Origin: Candidatus Oxydemutatoraceae bacterium
GTDB taxonomy: Bacteria > Pseudomonadota > Gammaproteobacteria > Poriferisulfidales > Oxydemutatoraceae
Assembly: GCA_965220085.1 (NCBI GenBank)
Contig: CBDCOZ010000003.1
Span: forward strand, 1,504,001 to 1,568,000
DNA length: 64,000 bases
Reading direction: 5' to 3'
Shown here: one piece after another, positions 20,698 through 30,006 of the stretch
Position numbering within the stretch: position 1 is the first letter of the stretch
How the letters are laid out: every line of letters begins with the position of its first letter
Program-made: the position numbers and the translations under genes
The notes under the pieces: generated by a model
What the model saw: only the letters and a program-made list of their open reading frames with translations
Told to the model about the DNA's origin: nothing
Database searches by the model: none

Positions 20698-23600
20698 ATG
20701 ACAAAGGCTGTTTTAGAACCTGAGCGCAGCAGTCTGGTGTCGGCGGCGGCCGGCACCGGCAAGACTTGGCTGATCGTATCGCGTATCTTGCGGCTGTTGC
20801 TCCGCGGCGAGAAGCCGGATTCCATCCTTGCCGTCACCTTTACCAACAAGGCCGCCGATGAGATGCGCGAGCGGCTGATGCAACGGCTGTTTGAGATGAG
20901 CGCGGCATCGCCCGCGGAGTTGCGGCGGTCTTTGCAAGAGATCGGCATCGATGCTCCCGACAGTTGTCGCAAGCGCGCCGAAGACCTGTACGAGGAAATT
21001 CTCTATCCGGACAACCCCGTCCGGATAACGACTTTCCATTCTTTTTGCCAGCAGGTTGTCGCCATCGCTCCGCCGTCGTTTGAAGTGCCGGCGAATTTTC
21101 AGATTGCCGAAGATACCGCCCCCCTGCTTGATAAAGCCTGCGACATATTGTTCAAACAGGTTTCGCAGGAGCCCGACGGCGAGTCGGCCAAGGCCCTGAC
21201 CGAGCTGTTCGCCGCGTGCAACGGCATCGGCAATGCGCGTCAGAGTCTGATGGATTTTCTGCGCAAGAAAAATGACTGGCTCGCATATCTGGCGGGCGGC
21301 GACGCGCAAACGGCCGAACGCAGACTGTCGGAGTTGCTCGACATAAACGAATCGGACATATCGCCTCGGGATGCATTCTGGAGCGAACAGATGCGCCGGC
21401 GCATAGCCGACTACGCCGTCTTGCTGCGCGCATACGCGAGCGCCGGGAAAAGAGCCAAAGCCGCCGCGCAGGTCAAAACCCTCGCGCATATCCTTGCGCA
21501 AGAAAAGTTGGACGCCGGATTATTTAAGCAACTCAAAAATTGCTTTTTAACCGGCAACAACACCCCGCAAATAAAAGCGAGCGAGACCTTGCGACAGGAA
21601 CTCGGACTTGCGAACGCCGAAAAACTGGTCGAGGAGTGCGAGCAGATCGCCGCGCGGCTGCGCGCGACCGAAGAGCGCGCTTTGCGCCAATCAAACTACC
21701 GCGCGAATGTGGCCTGGTATCGTCTGGGACAAGCCTTGCTGGACATATACCAGCGGATAAAACAGGAACACGGCGCGCTGGATTTTGATGACTTGGAGTG
21801 GCTGGGACGCAAGTTTCTCGGCGCCGACGCGGGCGATGCCAAGTGGCTGCAGTATCGCCTCAGCGCCGGAATCAAACACATCCTGATAGACGAGTTTCAA
21901 GACACCAACCCCAACCAGTGGCGCCTGATACGGCCGTTGCTCGACGAGATTACGGCGCAACAACAAGGAAGCATCTTTATCGTCAGCGACGCCAAGCAGT
22001 CCATCTACGGTTTCCGCGGCGCCGATTCCGCTTTGCAGAAGGTCGCGCAGAAGTGGTTGCGGGAACACGCCGACGGCGAGGCGTTTGAGATGACAAAATC
22101 ATACCGCTCGGCGCCGCCGATCATCGACTTTGTCAACGGCGTGTTTGAAAACGATGCCAACAAACGCTTGCGCCCCGAATCTTTCGCCGCCCACGAGACA
22201 TTTAAGCGAACCAAGGGGGGCGTTTGTCTGCTGCCCGCCATTGAGCCGCGGGCAAAGGAAGAGCCCGTGGCGTGGCGCAACCCGTTGCGCCAACCGCTGG
22301 GGAGCGCTTTGCTTGTGAAAAAGAAAGAAGCCGAGGCGGTGGCCTCTGTCATTGCCGGACTGAAAGAAGACCGTTTGCAAATAGACGAGGACGGGAAGGA
22401 GCGCGATTTCCGATACGGCGACGCGCTGATTCTTGCGCGGCAGAAAACCCACTTTCACTTTTTTAACGCGGCGTTGCAAAAACTCGGCATCCCGTATGGC
22501 AGCGCGCGCGAAGCAAATCCGTATGCGAGCCCGGAGGCGTCGGACATCCGCGCCCTGCTCGAGCTCATCCATAACCCCGAACGCAATGACGCGCTCGCCC
22601 AAGCGTTGCGCTCGCCGATATTCGCGCTGGATGAGCAAGACTTGCTGGAATTGGCGAGCCTCAAAGGCCGCGACTGGTTTTACAAGCTCTCCGTCGGCAA
22701 ACCTCTGTGGCAAGACATACACAAGAAGATCAAAGAATGGAATTACAACTGCAACAAGATACCGGTGCACGACCTGATCGATGACATCTACGACCAGACC
22801 GACCTCGTCGCGCGTTACCTCGCCGCCACTCCGCCGTCCATGCGCGAGTCGCTGCGCAATAATCTCAGCGCGCTGCCGGAAGCGGCGCTGGACTGCCGCA
22901 GCGGTCGCTACCCCGACATCGCCGACTTTTTGCAACACATCCGCTCGCAGGCCGCCAATGCCGAAAAGACGGCAGCGGCGGCGAGCGATAACTGTGTTCG
23001 GCTGATGACGATACACGCCGCCAAGGGGCTTGAGGCGCCGGTCGTGTTTCTGGCAGACACCGCCACTGTGGTGACGCCGAAGGATACCTACCACGCGCTA
23101 TCCGATTGGTCGACAGATGCCGACAGGCCGCAATCTTTCGTGCTCCTGACCGAGAAAGAGAAACGCAGTCAGGCGATGGAACGACTGAACGAGAAGCGCA
23201 AACAACGCGAAGCGACGGAAAATGCCAACCTGCTCTATGTCGCTCTGACGCGCGCCCGACAATATCTGTTCATATCCGCCAGCGGCGGGGTCAAGGAGAA
23301 CTGCTGGTATGCGGCGCTTGGCAAAGCGGACGCCACGCTGTATCAACACGGCGCGGCGGATGTCAGCCGCTCGCGCGCCGAGGCGGCTGCCGGGGCTGCG
23401 GCGCCAGCGGACACCGCCGCGGACAATATGTTGCCGCCGGCGGGGGCCGCGCTAACGATAGCGGTTGAGCATAGCCCCAGTCTTCACAACCGGCGGGAGC
23501 CGAATATGCGGCGCGCCGAAACCGGCGACGACGGTCGCGTCTATGGCCAGGTCTTCCACCGCGCGCTGGAATTGCTGGCAAAAGCGCGCGGCGATGACAG

Positions 23601-24006
23601 CGCGGCCATCAAACAGCGGGCGCTTGAGGAATTTCCCGACTGCCGGCAAAGCGCACAATGGTTTGATGAAGCCGTCGCGCTGTTCAATGCCCCCGACTTT
23701 GCGGAATTGTTTGATGACACCCGCTATGTACGGGTATATAACGAGATGCCCCTGCTCTACCGGGACACCGACGGCAAACAGGTTGCGGGCATCATAGACC
23801 GGCTATGCGTCGGCGCGCAGACGGCGTGGATTATTGATTACAAGACCCACAATGTGGACGCACGCACGGCCAAAGCGGTCGCCGAAGGCTTCCGTCGGCA
23901 GATGCGGCTCTATCGGGACGGTGTCGGCTTATTGTATCCGGATTTGCGGTTGCGCAGTTCGGTTCTGTTTACAGCGCCCGGAATCATTCACGACTTTTCT
24001 TTCTGA
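20698..24006 (+). CDS. AddA/RecB-like ATP-dependent helicase-nuclease (UvrD family + PD-(D/E)XK domain)
   Basis: AAAGTGKT, TFTNKAA, IDEFQDT, MTIHAAKGLE, LYVALTRA; C-terminal GIIDRL..IIDYKT. Confidence 0.9.
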   Translation: MTKAVLEPERSSLVSAAAGTGKTWLIVSRILRLLLRGEKPDSILAVTFTNKAADEMRERLMQRLFEMSAASPAELRRSLQEIGIDAPDSCRKRAEDLYEEILYPDNPVRITTFHSFCQQVVAIAPPSFEVPANFQIAEDTAPLLDKACDILFKQVSQEPDGESAKALTELFAACNGIGNARQSLMDFLRKKNDWLAYLAGGDAQTAERRLSELLDINESDISPRDAFWSEQMRRRIADYAVLLRAYASAGKRAKAAAQVKTLAHILAQEKLDAGLFKQLKNCFLTGNNTPQIKASETLRQELGLANAEKLVEECEQIAARLRATEERALRQSNYRANVAWYRLGQALLDIYQRIKQEHGALDFDDLEWLGRKFLGADAGDAKWLQYRLSAGIKHILIDEFQDTNPNQWRLIRPLLDEITAQQQGSIFIVSDAKQSIYGFRGADSALQKVAQKWLREHADGEAFEMTKSYRSAPPIIDFVNGVFENDANKRLRPESFAAHETFKRTKGGVCLLPAIEPRAKEEPVAWRNPLRQPLGSALLVKKKEAEAVASVIAGLKEDRLQIDEDGKERDFRYGDALILARQKTHFHFFNAALQKLGIPYGSAREANPYASPEASDIRALLELIHNPERNDALAQALRSPIFALDEQDLLELASLKGRDWFYKLSVGKPLWQDIHKKIKEWNYNCNKIPVHDLIDDIYDQTDLVARYLAATPPSMRESLRNNLSALPEAALDCRSGRYPDIADFLQHIRSQAANAEKTAAAASDNCVRLMTIHAAKGLEAPVVFLADTATVVTPKDTYHALSDWSTDADRPQSFVLLTEKEKRSQAMERLNEKRKQREATENANLLYVALTRARQYLFISASGGVKENCWYAALGKADATLYQHGAADVSRSRAEAAAGAAAPADTAADNMLPPAGAALTIAVEHSPSLHNRREPNMRRAETGDDGRVYGQVFHRALELLAKARGDDSAAIKQRALEEFPDCRQSAQWFDEAVALFNAPDFAELFDDTRYVRVYNEMPLLYRDTDGKQVAGIIDRLCVGAQTAWIIDYKTHNVDARTAKAVAEGFRRQMRLYRDGVGLLYPDLRLRSSVLFTAPGIIHDFSF

Positions 24007-24677
24007 AGCAGACCCAGCAGTTGTTCGGGCTCCATATAGCCGCCGAGCTTGGCGCCGTTGGGATGGAACACGGCGGGCGTCCCGCGCGCGCCGAGTTTGC
24101 CCATCGTGCTCAGGTTGGCGTCGATCGGGGTGGAGCAAGTTTTTGATGCGACCTCTTGACCGAGCTTTGCCTGCGTCAAGGCTTGCGCGCGATCGCCCGA
24201 ACACCACACCGCCTGCGCCTGGTCGGCAGATTTCTGTCCCAAAACCGGGCTCAAAACATAGTCCACGGCGATGCCCAGTTCGTTCATCTTGTCCATGCCG
24301 GCGTGAAAGCGGCGACAATAGCCGCAACGGACATCCGTGAACACAATCGCGCGGTGCGGCGCGTCTTCCTTGCCGAAAGAGATGAAACTATCGTCCAGAC
24401 CGGCAAGCACTCCGGCGTGTAGCTTCGCCTTTGTTTCGGCGGTCAGGTTCTTGCCGGCGTTGATATCAATCAAGTCGCCGCGGAGAAGGAAGGCTCCGTC
24501 CGCGCTCATATAAAAGACACTGTTGTCGCTGTCGCTGGTCACTTCATACAGCCCTTCCATCGGTGTTTGCGCAACCGAGAAGCCTTCCGGCATCAGTGTG
24601 GCAAGCCGCTTGTGGATAGCGTCCTGTGCCAGTGCCAACGGCGCTAACAACAATAAAATTATTTGTAAAAATCGCAT
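23988..24677 (-). CDS. dsbC: Thiol:disulfide interchange protein DsbC
   Basis: Signal peptide, FTDxxCGYC, GTP; xerD-dsbC synteny. Confidence 0.9.
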   Translation of the reverse strand: MRFLQIILLLLAPLALAQDAIHKRLATLMPEGFSVAQTPMEGLYEVTSDSDNSVFYMSADGAFLLRGDLIDINAGKNLTAETKAKLHAGVLAGLDDSFISFGKEDAPHRAIVFTDVRCGYCRRFHAGMDKMNELGIAVDYVLSPVLGQKSADQAQAVWCSGDRAQALTQAKLGQEVASKTCSTPIDANLSTMGKLGARGTPAVFHPNGAKLGGYMEPEQLLGLLQKEKS

Positions 24678-24679
24678 AT

Positions 24680-25582
24680 TTACCCCCTGGGGTGATGTAT
24701 TTTATGTAATTCTTTCAAGCGCTGATTCGCTATGTGCGCATATATCTGCGTCGTTGAAAGACTGCTATGACCAAGGAGCGTTTGAACGGTCCGCAAGTCC
24801 GCTCCGTGATTCAATAAATGCGTCGCAAAAGCATGCCTTAAAGTATGCGGCGACAGAAACTTTTTCAAGCCCGCCCGCAACGCAAGTTTCTTTAGCATAT
24901 ACCAGAATGCCTGCCGTGTCATGCCGCGACCGCGCGAGGAGAGAAAGATATGCTCGGTCTTAGCGGCGGACTTTGCCAATAAAGGGCGGGATTCGGCGAG
25001 ATAACGCGCCATCCAATCGCTTGCCTGCTCGCCGATCGGCACCAATCGCTCCTTGCTGCCTTTGCCGATAACCTTGACATAACCGGCCTCCGTCACGAGT
25101 TGATCGCGTGTCAGCCCGACCAATTCCGACACCCGCAGGCCGCTGGCATAAAGCAACTCCAACATCGCTTTGTTTCTGAGCCCGGCCGCGTTCGACACAT
25201 CGGGCGCCTCGAGCAAGCGATTGACCTCCTCCTCGCTGAGCGTTGCCGGCAAGAGCCGCCCGGTCTTCGCCGCATGCCCGTCCGCGCAGGGATTCTCCGC
25301 GATCATATTCTCGCGACTCAGCCAGCGGTAAAATCTTCGCAATACAGAAAATATGCGCGCGTTTGAACGCGGCGAATAACCGCGCTGTATCCGATGCGCA
25401 ATATACGATCGGACAACCCTGCTATTGACTTGCGTCAGCCCGGGCGCGCGCTCGGCTTCCAGCCAATCGCAAAAAAACTTGAGGTCGGAGCGATACGCGC
25501 TCACCGTGTTGCGCGAAAGCCCCTCTTCGGAAATCATCGCGGTGACAAACCCCGCTATCAAGTCAGTGTCGCGCTCTCGCAT
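24680..25582 (-). CDS. xerD: Tyrosine recombinase XerD
   Basis: LYASGLRVSEL, HTLRHAFATH, LLGHSSLSTTQIY. Confidence 0.92.
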   Translation of the reverse strand: MRERDTDLIAGFVTAMISEEGLSRNTVSAYRSDLKFFCDWLEAERAPGLTQVNSRVVRSYIAHRIQRGYSPRSNARIFSVLRRFYRWLSRENMIAENPCADGHAAKTGRLLPATLSEEEVNRLLEAPDVSNAAGLRNKAMLELLYASGLRVSELVGLTRDQLVTEAGYVKVIGKGSKERLVPIGEQASDWMARYLAESRPLLAKSAAKTEHIFLSSRGRGMTRQAFWYMLKKLALRAGLKKFLSPHTLRHAFATHLLNHGADLRTVQTLLGHSSLSTTQIYAHIANQRLKELHKIHHPRG

Positions 25583-25702
25583 AGCCTCATTGTCTCCGCC
25601 GTTCCCGCATAAAATAAATCGTCGCCGATGCCGCTATCAAGTATAATCCCTTATTATGCGTATCCCGCCTTATGCAGACAACATCCCGCCCGCTCAAAGC
25701 AC

Positions 25703-26089
25703 ATGAAGCGGCATAAAAAAGTCGGCGTCGCCGCTACTTTGGCCGCGAGCGCAAGCGCGGCGCAAAGAATCATCCGCGCATGGCGCGCCGTCTATAAGGC
25801 TTCGCCGGAAAACCCTTGGCGCGACGGGCAACGGAAGAAGTATCTTATTTTTGACCGGCATAAGCTGGTTTTTCTCGATGTCGGCGGTTCCATGTCGACA
25901 GCGGTGCGCGCGATGCTCTTGCCTTTGCTGCCGCGCCGCGAGGACGGCGGACATCCGAATTGGCACACGAGCGATGCGTTGGGTACCGGGCAACGCGATT
26001 ACCACTGCTTTGCCTGCGTCGATAACCCGTTTGAACGGCTGGTTCGGTATTTGTACCCGTCGCAGATCGAGCCCTTTTTACTTCCGTGA
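25703..26089 (+). CDS. N-terminal part of a degenerate sulfotransferase-family domain (probably frameshifted from the next ORF)
   Basis: KLVFLDV..SMSTAVR and FACVDNPFERLV resemble sulfotransferase-2 PAPS motifs. Confidence 0.5.
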   Translation: MKRHKKVGVAATLAASASAAQRIIRAWRAVYKASPENPWRDGQRKKYLIFDRHKLVFLDVGGSMSTAVRAMLLPLLPRREDGGHPNWHTSDALGTGQRDYHCFACVDNPFERLVRYLYPSQIEPFLLP

Positions 26090-27432
26090 CGGGCTACCCG
26101 GGAGAGGTCGACAGTCACTACGCGTGCGCGCTCAAGGCCACGGTGAAATTAATCCTTTCGCTGCCCGACCATGCCCTGCCTGTCGGTCTTAGAACGCAAT
26201 ATCACTTGTTGCATGAGAATGCCCGGCGGTTGTGCCAAACGCTCTGCCACTCCGAGACTTTCGCGCGGGATATTGCCGCGATAAAACAACAGTACGGCTT
26301 GTCTTGCAACCGGCCTTTGTCCGACGAAACAGAGCGGACTGATATGCTGATCCCGCTCACAGACTACCGCTCGCTGTACACGCCCGAACTCATCGACTCG
26401 GTGGCCCGGCGTTATCGCAAAGACATCGATGCTTTCGGGTATCACAATGCGGCGGACGCGCTTCGTCAATACGCCGAGCGCAGGCATCTCAAGAGCCGCG
26501 CACCGCGGCAGACGACGCCCGCCAAGAGCCAGGACGCGCCGGCCAAGACGCCGAGCAAGGCGCAACAGAGGAGAGCCATTATTTCCTATTGTGTCGGCAA
26601 TCTGGGTTGCTTCTTGCGGGCGATGTTGTGGTTTTCTTGCGCGACCGAGCAACGGCCGCTGGGGCCAAGATATGTCGTGACCAGCGAGGAATATCCGGGT
26701 TTGTTTTATGTCGTCAATCACAAATGCGCGAGCACCAGCATACGCACTATCATGCGCGGGCATGTCGCCCACCCGGATGCGCGCGAACCCGCCCGCGCCG
26801 CTTTCTCTCGCGCGTACCGCCGCATGCGGCGCTCATTCCTCATGCGCCTGTTTGAGAAACCGCCGTCATTGAACGCCGCGATAACGCGCATGGCGCGCGA
26901 AACGCCGATGCCTCTGCGCTTTGGCTTCGTCAGAGACCCGTTTCACAGACTGGTGTCTTGCTATCGTGACAAGGCGCTCAAGTTGCGCGAAGAAGACAAG
27001 TTGTGGAACCTCCCCAAATATGAAAAGGCTCTGGTATCCGTCCCGCTATATGATCTTTTGCGCTATCAAAAGTGGCCGGACTCGTTTGCGGACTTTGTGG
27101 GTTTGGTCGCATCCACGCCCGACCACCTCGCGGATGCGCACTTCCGATCGCAATATGCGAGTTTGCATGAGAACGGCGAATTGCTGGTCGACCACATCGG
27201 CAAGGTGGAAAATTTTGCCGAAGACATGCGCCGTATCGGCGAACAATTCGGCTTGACCATGCCCGAAACCAATGCCGCCGACCGCTCGACGGGAAAGTAT
27301 GATTATCGCGACTACTACACGCCGGAACTCGTGGAGATCGCGGCGCAACGCTACCGGCAAGACATCGAGACCTTCGGCTATCAACAAGCGCTCGCCGAAC
27401 TCCGGCGTCATGTAGCCGCGCGCAACGCATAA
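26086..27432 (+). CDS. Sulfotransferase family 2 protein (half domain + full domain)
   Basis: HKCASTSIR, FVRDPFHRLVSCY, HFRSQY; DYRxxYTPEL...YxxDIxxFGY occurs twice. Confidence 0.8.
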   Translation: MTGYPGEVDSHYACALKATVKLILSLPDHALPVGLRTQYHLLHENARRLCQTLCHSETFARDIAAIKQQYGLSCNRPLSDETERTDMLIPLTDYRSLYTPELIDSVARRYRKDIDAFGYHNAADALRQYAERRHLKSRAPRQTTPAKSQDAPAKTPSKAQQRRAIISYCVGNLGCFLRAMLWFSCATEQRPLGPRYVVTSEEYPGLFYVVNHKCASTSIRTIMRGHVAHPDAREPARAAFSRAYRRMRRSFLMRLFEKPPSLNAAITRMARETPMPLRFGFVRDPFHRLVSCYRDKALKLREEDKLWNLPKYEKALVSVPLYDLLRYQKWPDSFADFVGLVASTPDHLADAHFRSQYASLHENGELLVDHIGKVENFAEDMRRIGEQFGLTMPETNAADRSTGKYDYRDYYTPELVEIAAQRYRQDIETFGYQQALAELRRHVAARNA

Positions 27433-27446
27433 CGGGGGGCGACACG

Positions 27447-27866
27447 GTGCGTATCAGGCCGGGCGATCGTTCGTTGTTGTTGCTCAAACGTTTCGGCGCC
27501 GGCGTCTATGACTGGATATTGACGGCGGCGATTCTTTTGCTGGCGTTGCTGCCGTGGACGATTGCGGGGGTCGATATCGATCATCCCTATCATCCGGCGA
27601 TGCAGGTTTATGCTTGTGCGATCGCGGCTTTTTACTTCGTGTGGTTTTGGACGCACGGCGGGCAAACGCCCGGCATGAAAGCGTGGGGGCTGCGCTTGGT
27701 CGGCGCGGATAAGGACAGCGTGGGCGTTGTCGATGCGTGGCTGCGTCTGTTTGCAATACTGCTGTCGCTCTTCGCATTGGCTTTGCTCGCGGCGGTGTTT
27801 CATCCCGACAAGCGCGCTTGGTATGACAAGCGCTCGCGGTGCCGGCCTATCGCGGCGAATGTTTGA
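27447..27866 (+). CDS. RDD family membrane protein
   Basis: KRFGAGVYD, GQTPGMKAWGLRL; adjacent to lptG. Confidence 0.85.
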   Translation: MRIRPGDRSLLLLKRFGAGVYDWILTAAILLLALLPWTIAGVDIDHPYHPAMQVYACAIAAFYFVWFWTHGGQTPGMKAWGLRLVGADKDSVGVVDAWLRLFAILLSLFALALLAAVFHPDKRAWYDKRSRCRPIAANV

Positions 27867-28896
27867 GCATCCACAAACCGATCAGGCCGAACACGAACGG
27901 CGGCAAAAACGCCGCGATCTGCGGCGCAAAATCCCATGCCACCGACGCGCTGCCGGCGGCGCGGCTGAGCAATACGTAAGCGATGCCGAGCAAGATGGCG
28001 ATAAATATGCGCGGCTTGGAACGGCCGTCGGACAAGGGGTTGGTCACCCACGCCAGCGCCAACAACAGCATGATCGGCACCGCCAAAATGGCGCCGAATC
28101 GGTTCCAGAACGTCAATTCATACATCTCGTCGCTGAGGAGGCTGCGGCGCAAGAAGTTGCCGTGTTGATATAGCTGCCATACATTCATGGCTTGCGGAAT
28201 CGTCGCCCGCGTCGCCGCCACATCCATGACGAGGTCGTAGCGCGGGCGGCGATATATTTCGTGCGCCGCGTTATCATTCAGCGCTATCACTGTTGCATCT
28301 TCAAGTGATATGCGATCACCCGCCAGACGGATATGCCGGGCGCGGATGATCCGTTCCAAATGACGGCTTGCGTCCACTTGGTATATTCTGGCATCGGCGC
28401 CGCCTTCGGCGGTCGGTTTGAAAAATATGTAATGATTGCCGATGCGTGTCCAATTGCCGTTTGATGTCTGATGGAAAACGTGCCGCGGGCGGTCGGAAAA
28501 TTTGATCGCATACGCCTTGTCCGCAGCCGCCGACGCGACGACTTCGCCAAACAGAAACATTCCCAGCATCAATATCACGCTAAGCCCGGCTGTAATCAGG
28601 CCGAGTTTGTAGCGCGAATAGCCGAGCGCTCCCAGAGCGAGCAACTCAAAGCGTTCCGCCAGTCCGCTCAGGCTGATGACGCTGCCGATCAAAACCGCTA
28701 TCGGAAACAACTCGTAAGCGCTTGCGACCATGCTCAGCAGCGCATAGGCGACGGCATCGGCGACGGCATAGTTGTCGCTGCCGGCGTCGTCGATCTCGCC
28801 GATGAAGTCCACCACGCTGTGCAATGCGGTCAGAGCGAGCAGCGCCACCGCGATGGCGACAAATAAGTCGCGGCTGAGGCAGCGAAAGACAATCAC
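27847..28896 (-). CDS. lptG: LPS export ABC transporter permease LptG
   Basis: GTG start overlaps the lptF stop; YELFPIAVLIG...EL; six-TM layout. Confidence 0.85.
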   Translation of the reverse strand: MIVFRCLSRDLFVAIAVALLALTALHSVVDFIGEIDDAGSDNYAVADAVAYALLSMVASAYELFPIAVLIGSVISLSGLAERFELLALGALGYSRYKLGLITAGLSVILMLGMFLFGEVVASAAADKAYAIKFSDRPRHVFHQTSNGNWTRIGNHYIFFKPTAEGGADARIYQVDASRHLERIIRARHIRLAGDRISLEDATVIALNDNAAHEIYRRPRYDLVMDVAATRATIPQAMNVWQLYQHGNFLRRSLLSDEMYELTFWNRFGAILAVPIMLLLALAWVTNPLSDGRSKPRIFIAILLGIAYVLLSRAAGSASVAWDFAPQIAAFLPPFVFGLIGLWMLKHSPR

Positions 28897-29936
28897 CGTC
28901 CGAACCTCCGCCGATAACACGACCACGCAACCATGCCGAGCAATAATATGAGCGGCACCGTCCATACTCCGGGCACAGTCGGCAGGCGGCTGTCCTCGAC
29001 CAACTTTGAACTCAGCGAGATCAGGTTGACATACACCAGAAAGATGATGACGCCGAGCACCAAGCGCCGGTAATTGCTTTGCCCCGGCGGCATACGGCTG
29101 ATGCGTTCGGCAAGAAACAGCAACAGCAACAGAGACAGCGGGATGACCAGCCGTTGCTGCAACTCGGCAACCGCCCGCGGGCTTTGTTCTTGCCACAGCG
29201 AAGCCAAGTCCATCATATCCGGCTCTATGCGTATATCGACCTTGGGCTCGGGTATCCAAATTTTGTGCGCGCGGTAGGAGAAGGTCAGATAGCCTTCGTC
29301 CGCATTGTCCTGATATATCCGCCCGCCGCGCAACTCAAATGTGCTGCCGTCGCGGTCGGCGGCGACTTGACGGCCGTGGGTCGCGGTCTCCACCGTGCGA
29401 CCGTCGGCGTCCGACAAGAAGATACCGCGCACTTCATTATCATCGCGCCGCTCAACAAATATAATTCCGTCATTGGGAGTCTCTATAAACTGTCCCGGCG
29501 CAATCATGCTGATGCCGACGTGTTGCTTGCCTTGTTCTTTGAGCAGTTGGTATTGCGTATTGAGGTTAGGAATCGTTTCCGCTAACAGGTAGAAGAGCAG
29601 CAGCGCCAACGGCACGCCAAAATACATCAACACCGCATAGATGCGTCGGCGGCTGATGCGCACAGAGAATGCGGCATGAATCTCACCGTCATAATAACTC
29701 TGTCGCAGCGCCCACATCACCGCAAACATGGCGCTGAAAGGCAACAGATATACCATCGCATTCAATGCCCCGATTGATAGCAACGGAAGCAATATATCCG
29801 CCGGATAATCATTGGTAATCACGCGATCCAGCAGCCTGACAAACAAGCGACCGACGACTATCAATAACGATAACGGGATGATAGCGGCCAAACAGACTAG
29901 CAGCTTTTGCAGAAAGTAACGCTCAAAGACGGACAC
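28893..29936 (-). CDS. lptF: LPS export ABC transporter permease LptF
   Basis: FERYFLQ, YYDGEI, AELQQRL; divergent from pepA. Confidence 0.85.
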   Translation of the reverse strand: MSVFERYFLQKLLVCLAAIIPLSLLIVVGRLFVRLLDRVITNDYPADILLPLLSIGALNAMVYLLPFSAMFAVMWALRQSYYDGEIHAAFSVRISRRRIYAVLMYFGVPLALLLFYLLAETIPNLNTQYQLLKEQGKQHVGISMIAPGQFIETPNDGIIFVERRDDNEVRGIFLSDADGRTVETATHGRQVAADRDGSTFELRGGRIYQDNADEGYLTFSYRAHKIWIPEPKVDIRIEPDMMDLASLWQEQSPRAVAELQQRLVIPLSLLLLLFLAERISRMPPGQSNYRRLVLGVIIFLVYVNLISLSSKLVEDSRLPTVPGVWTVPLILLLGMVAWSCYRRRFGR

Positions 29937-30006
29937 GATATAGAGATAAAATAAATAACGGGGTAAAATAGGCCATTCAAATTAACCAACATAATAGAGG
30001 CGGACT

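Noticed and set aside
24680-25582. Integron integrase or shufflon recombinase for the adhesin array
   Set aside because: Typical chromosomal XerD in xerD-dsbC synteny with no IntI-specific insertion; array repeats are direct, not inverted.
28897-29259. Long N-terminal extension of lptG (similarly lptE, rpsK, rpmJ, corC, manC)
   Set aside because: The extensions overlap upstream genes; downstream starts with stop/start coupling fit the known proteins.
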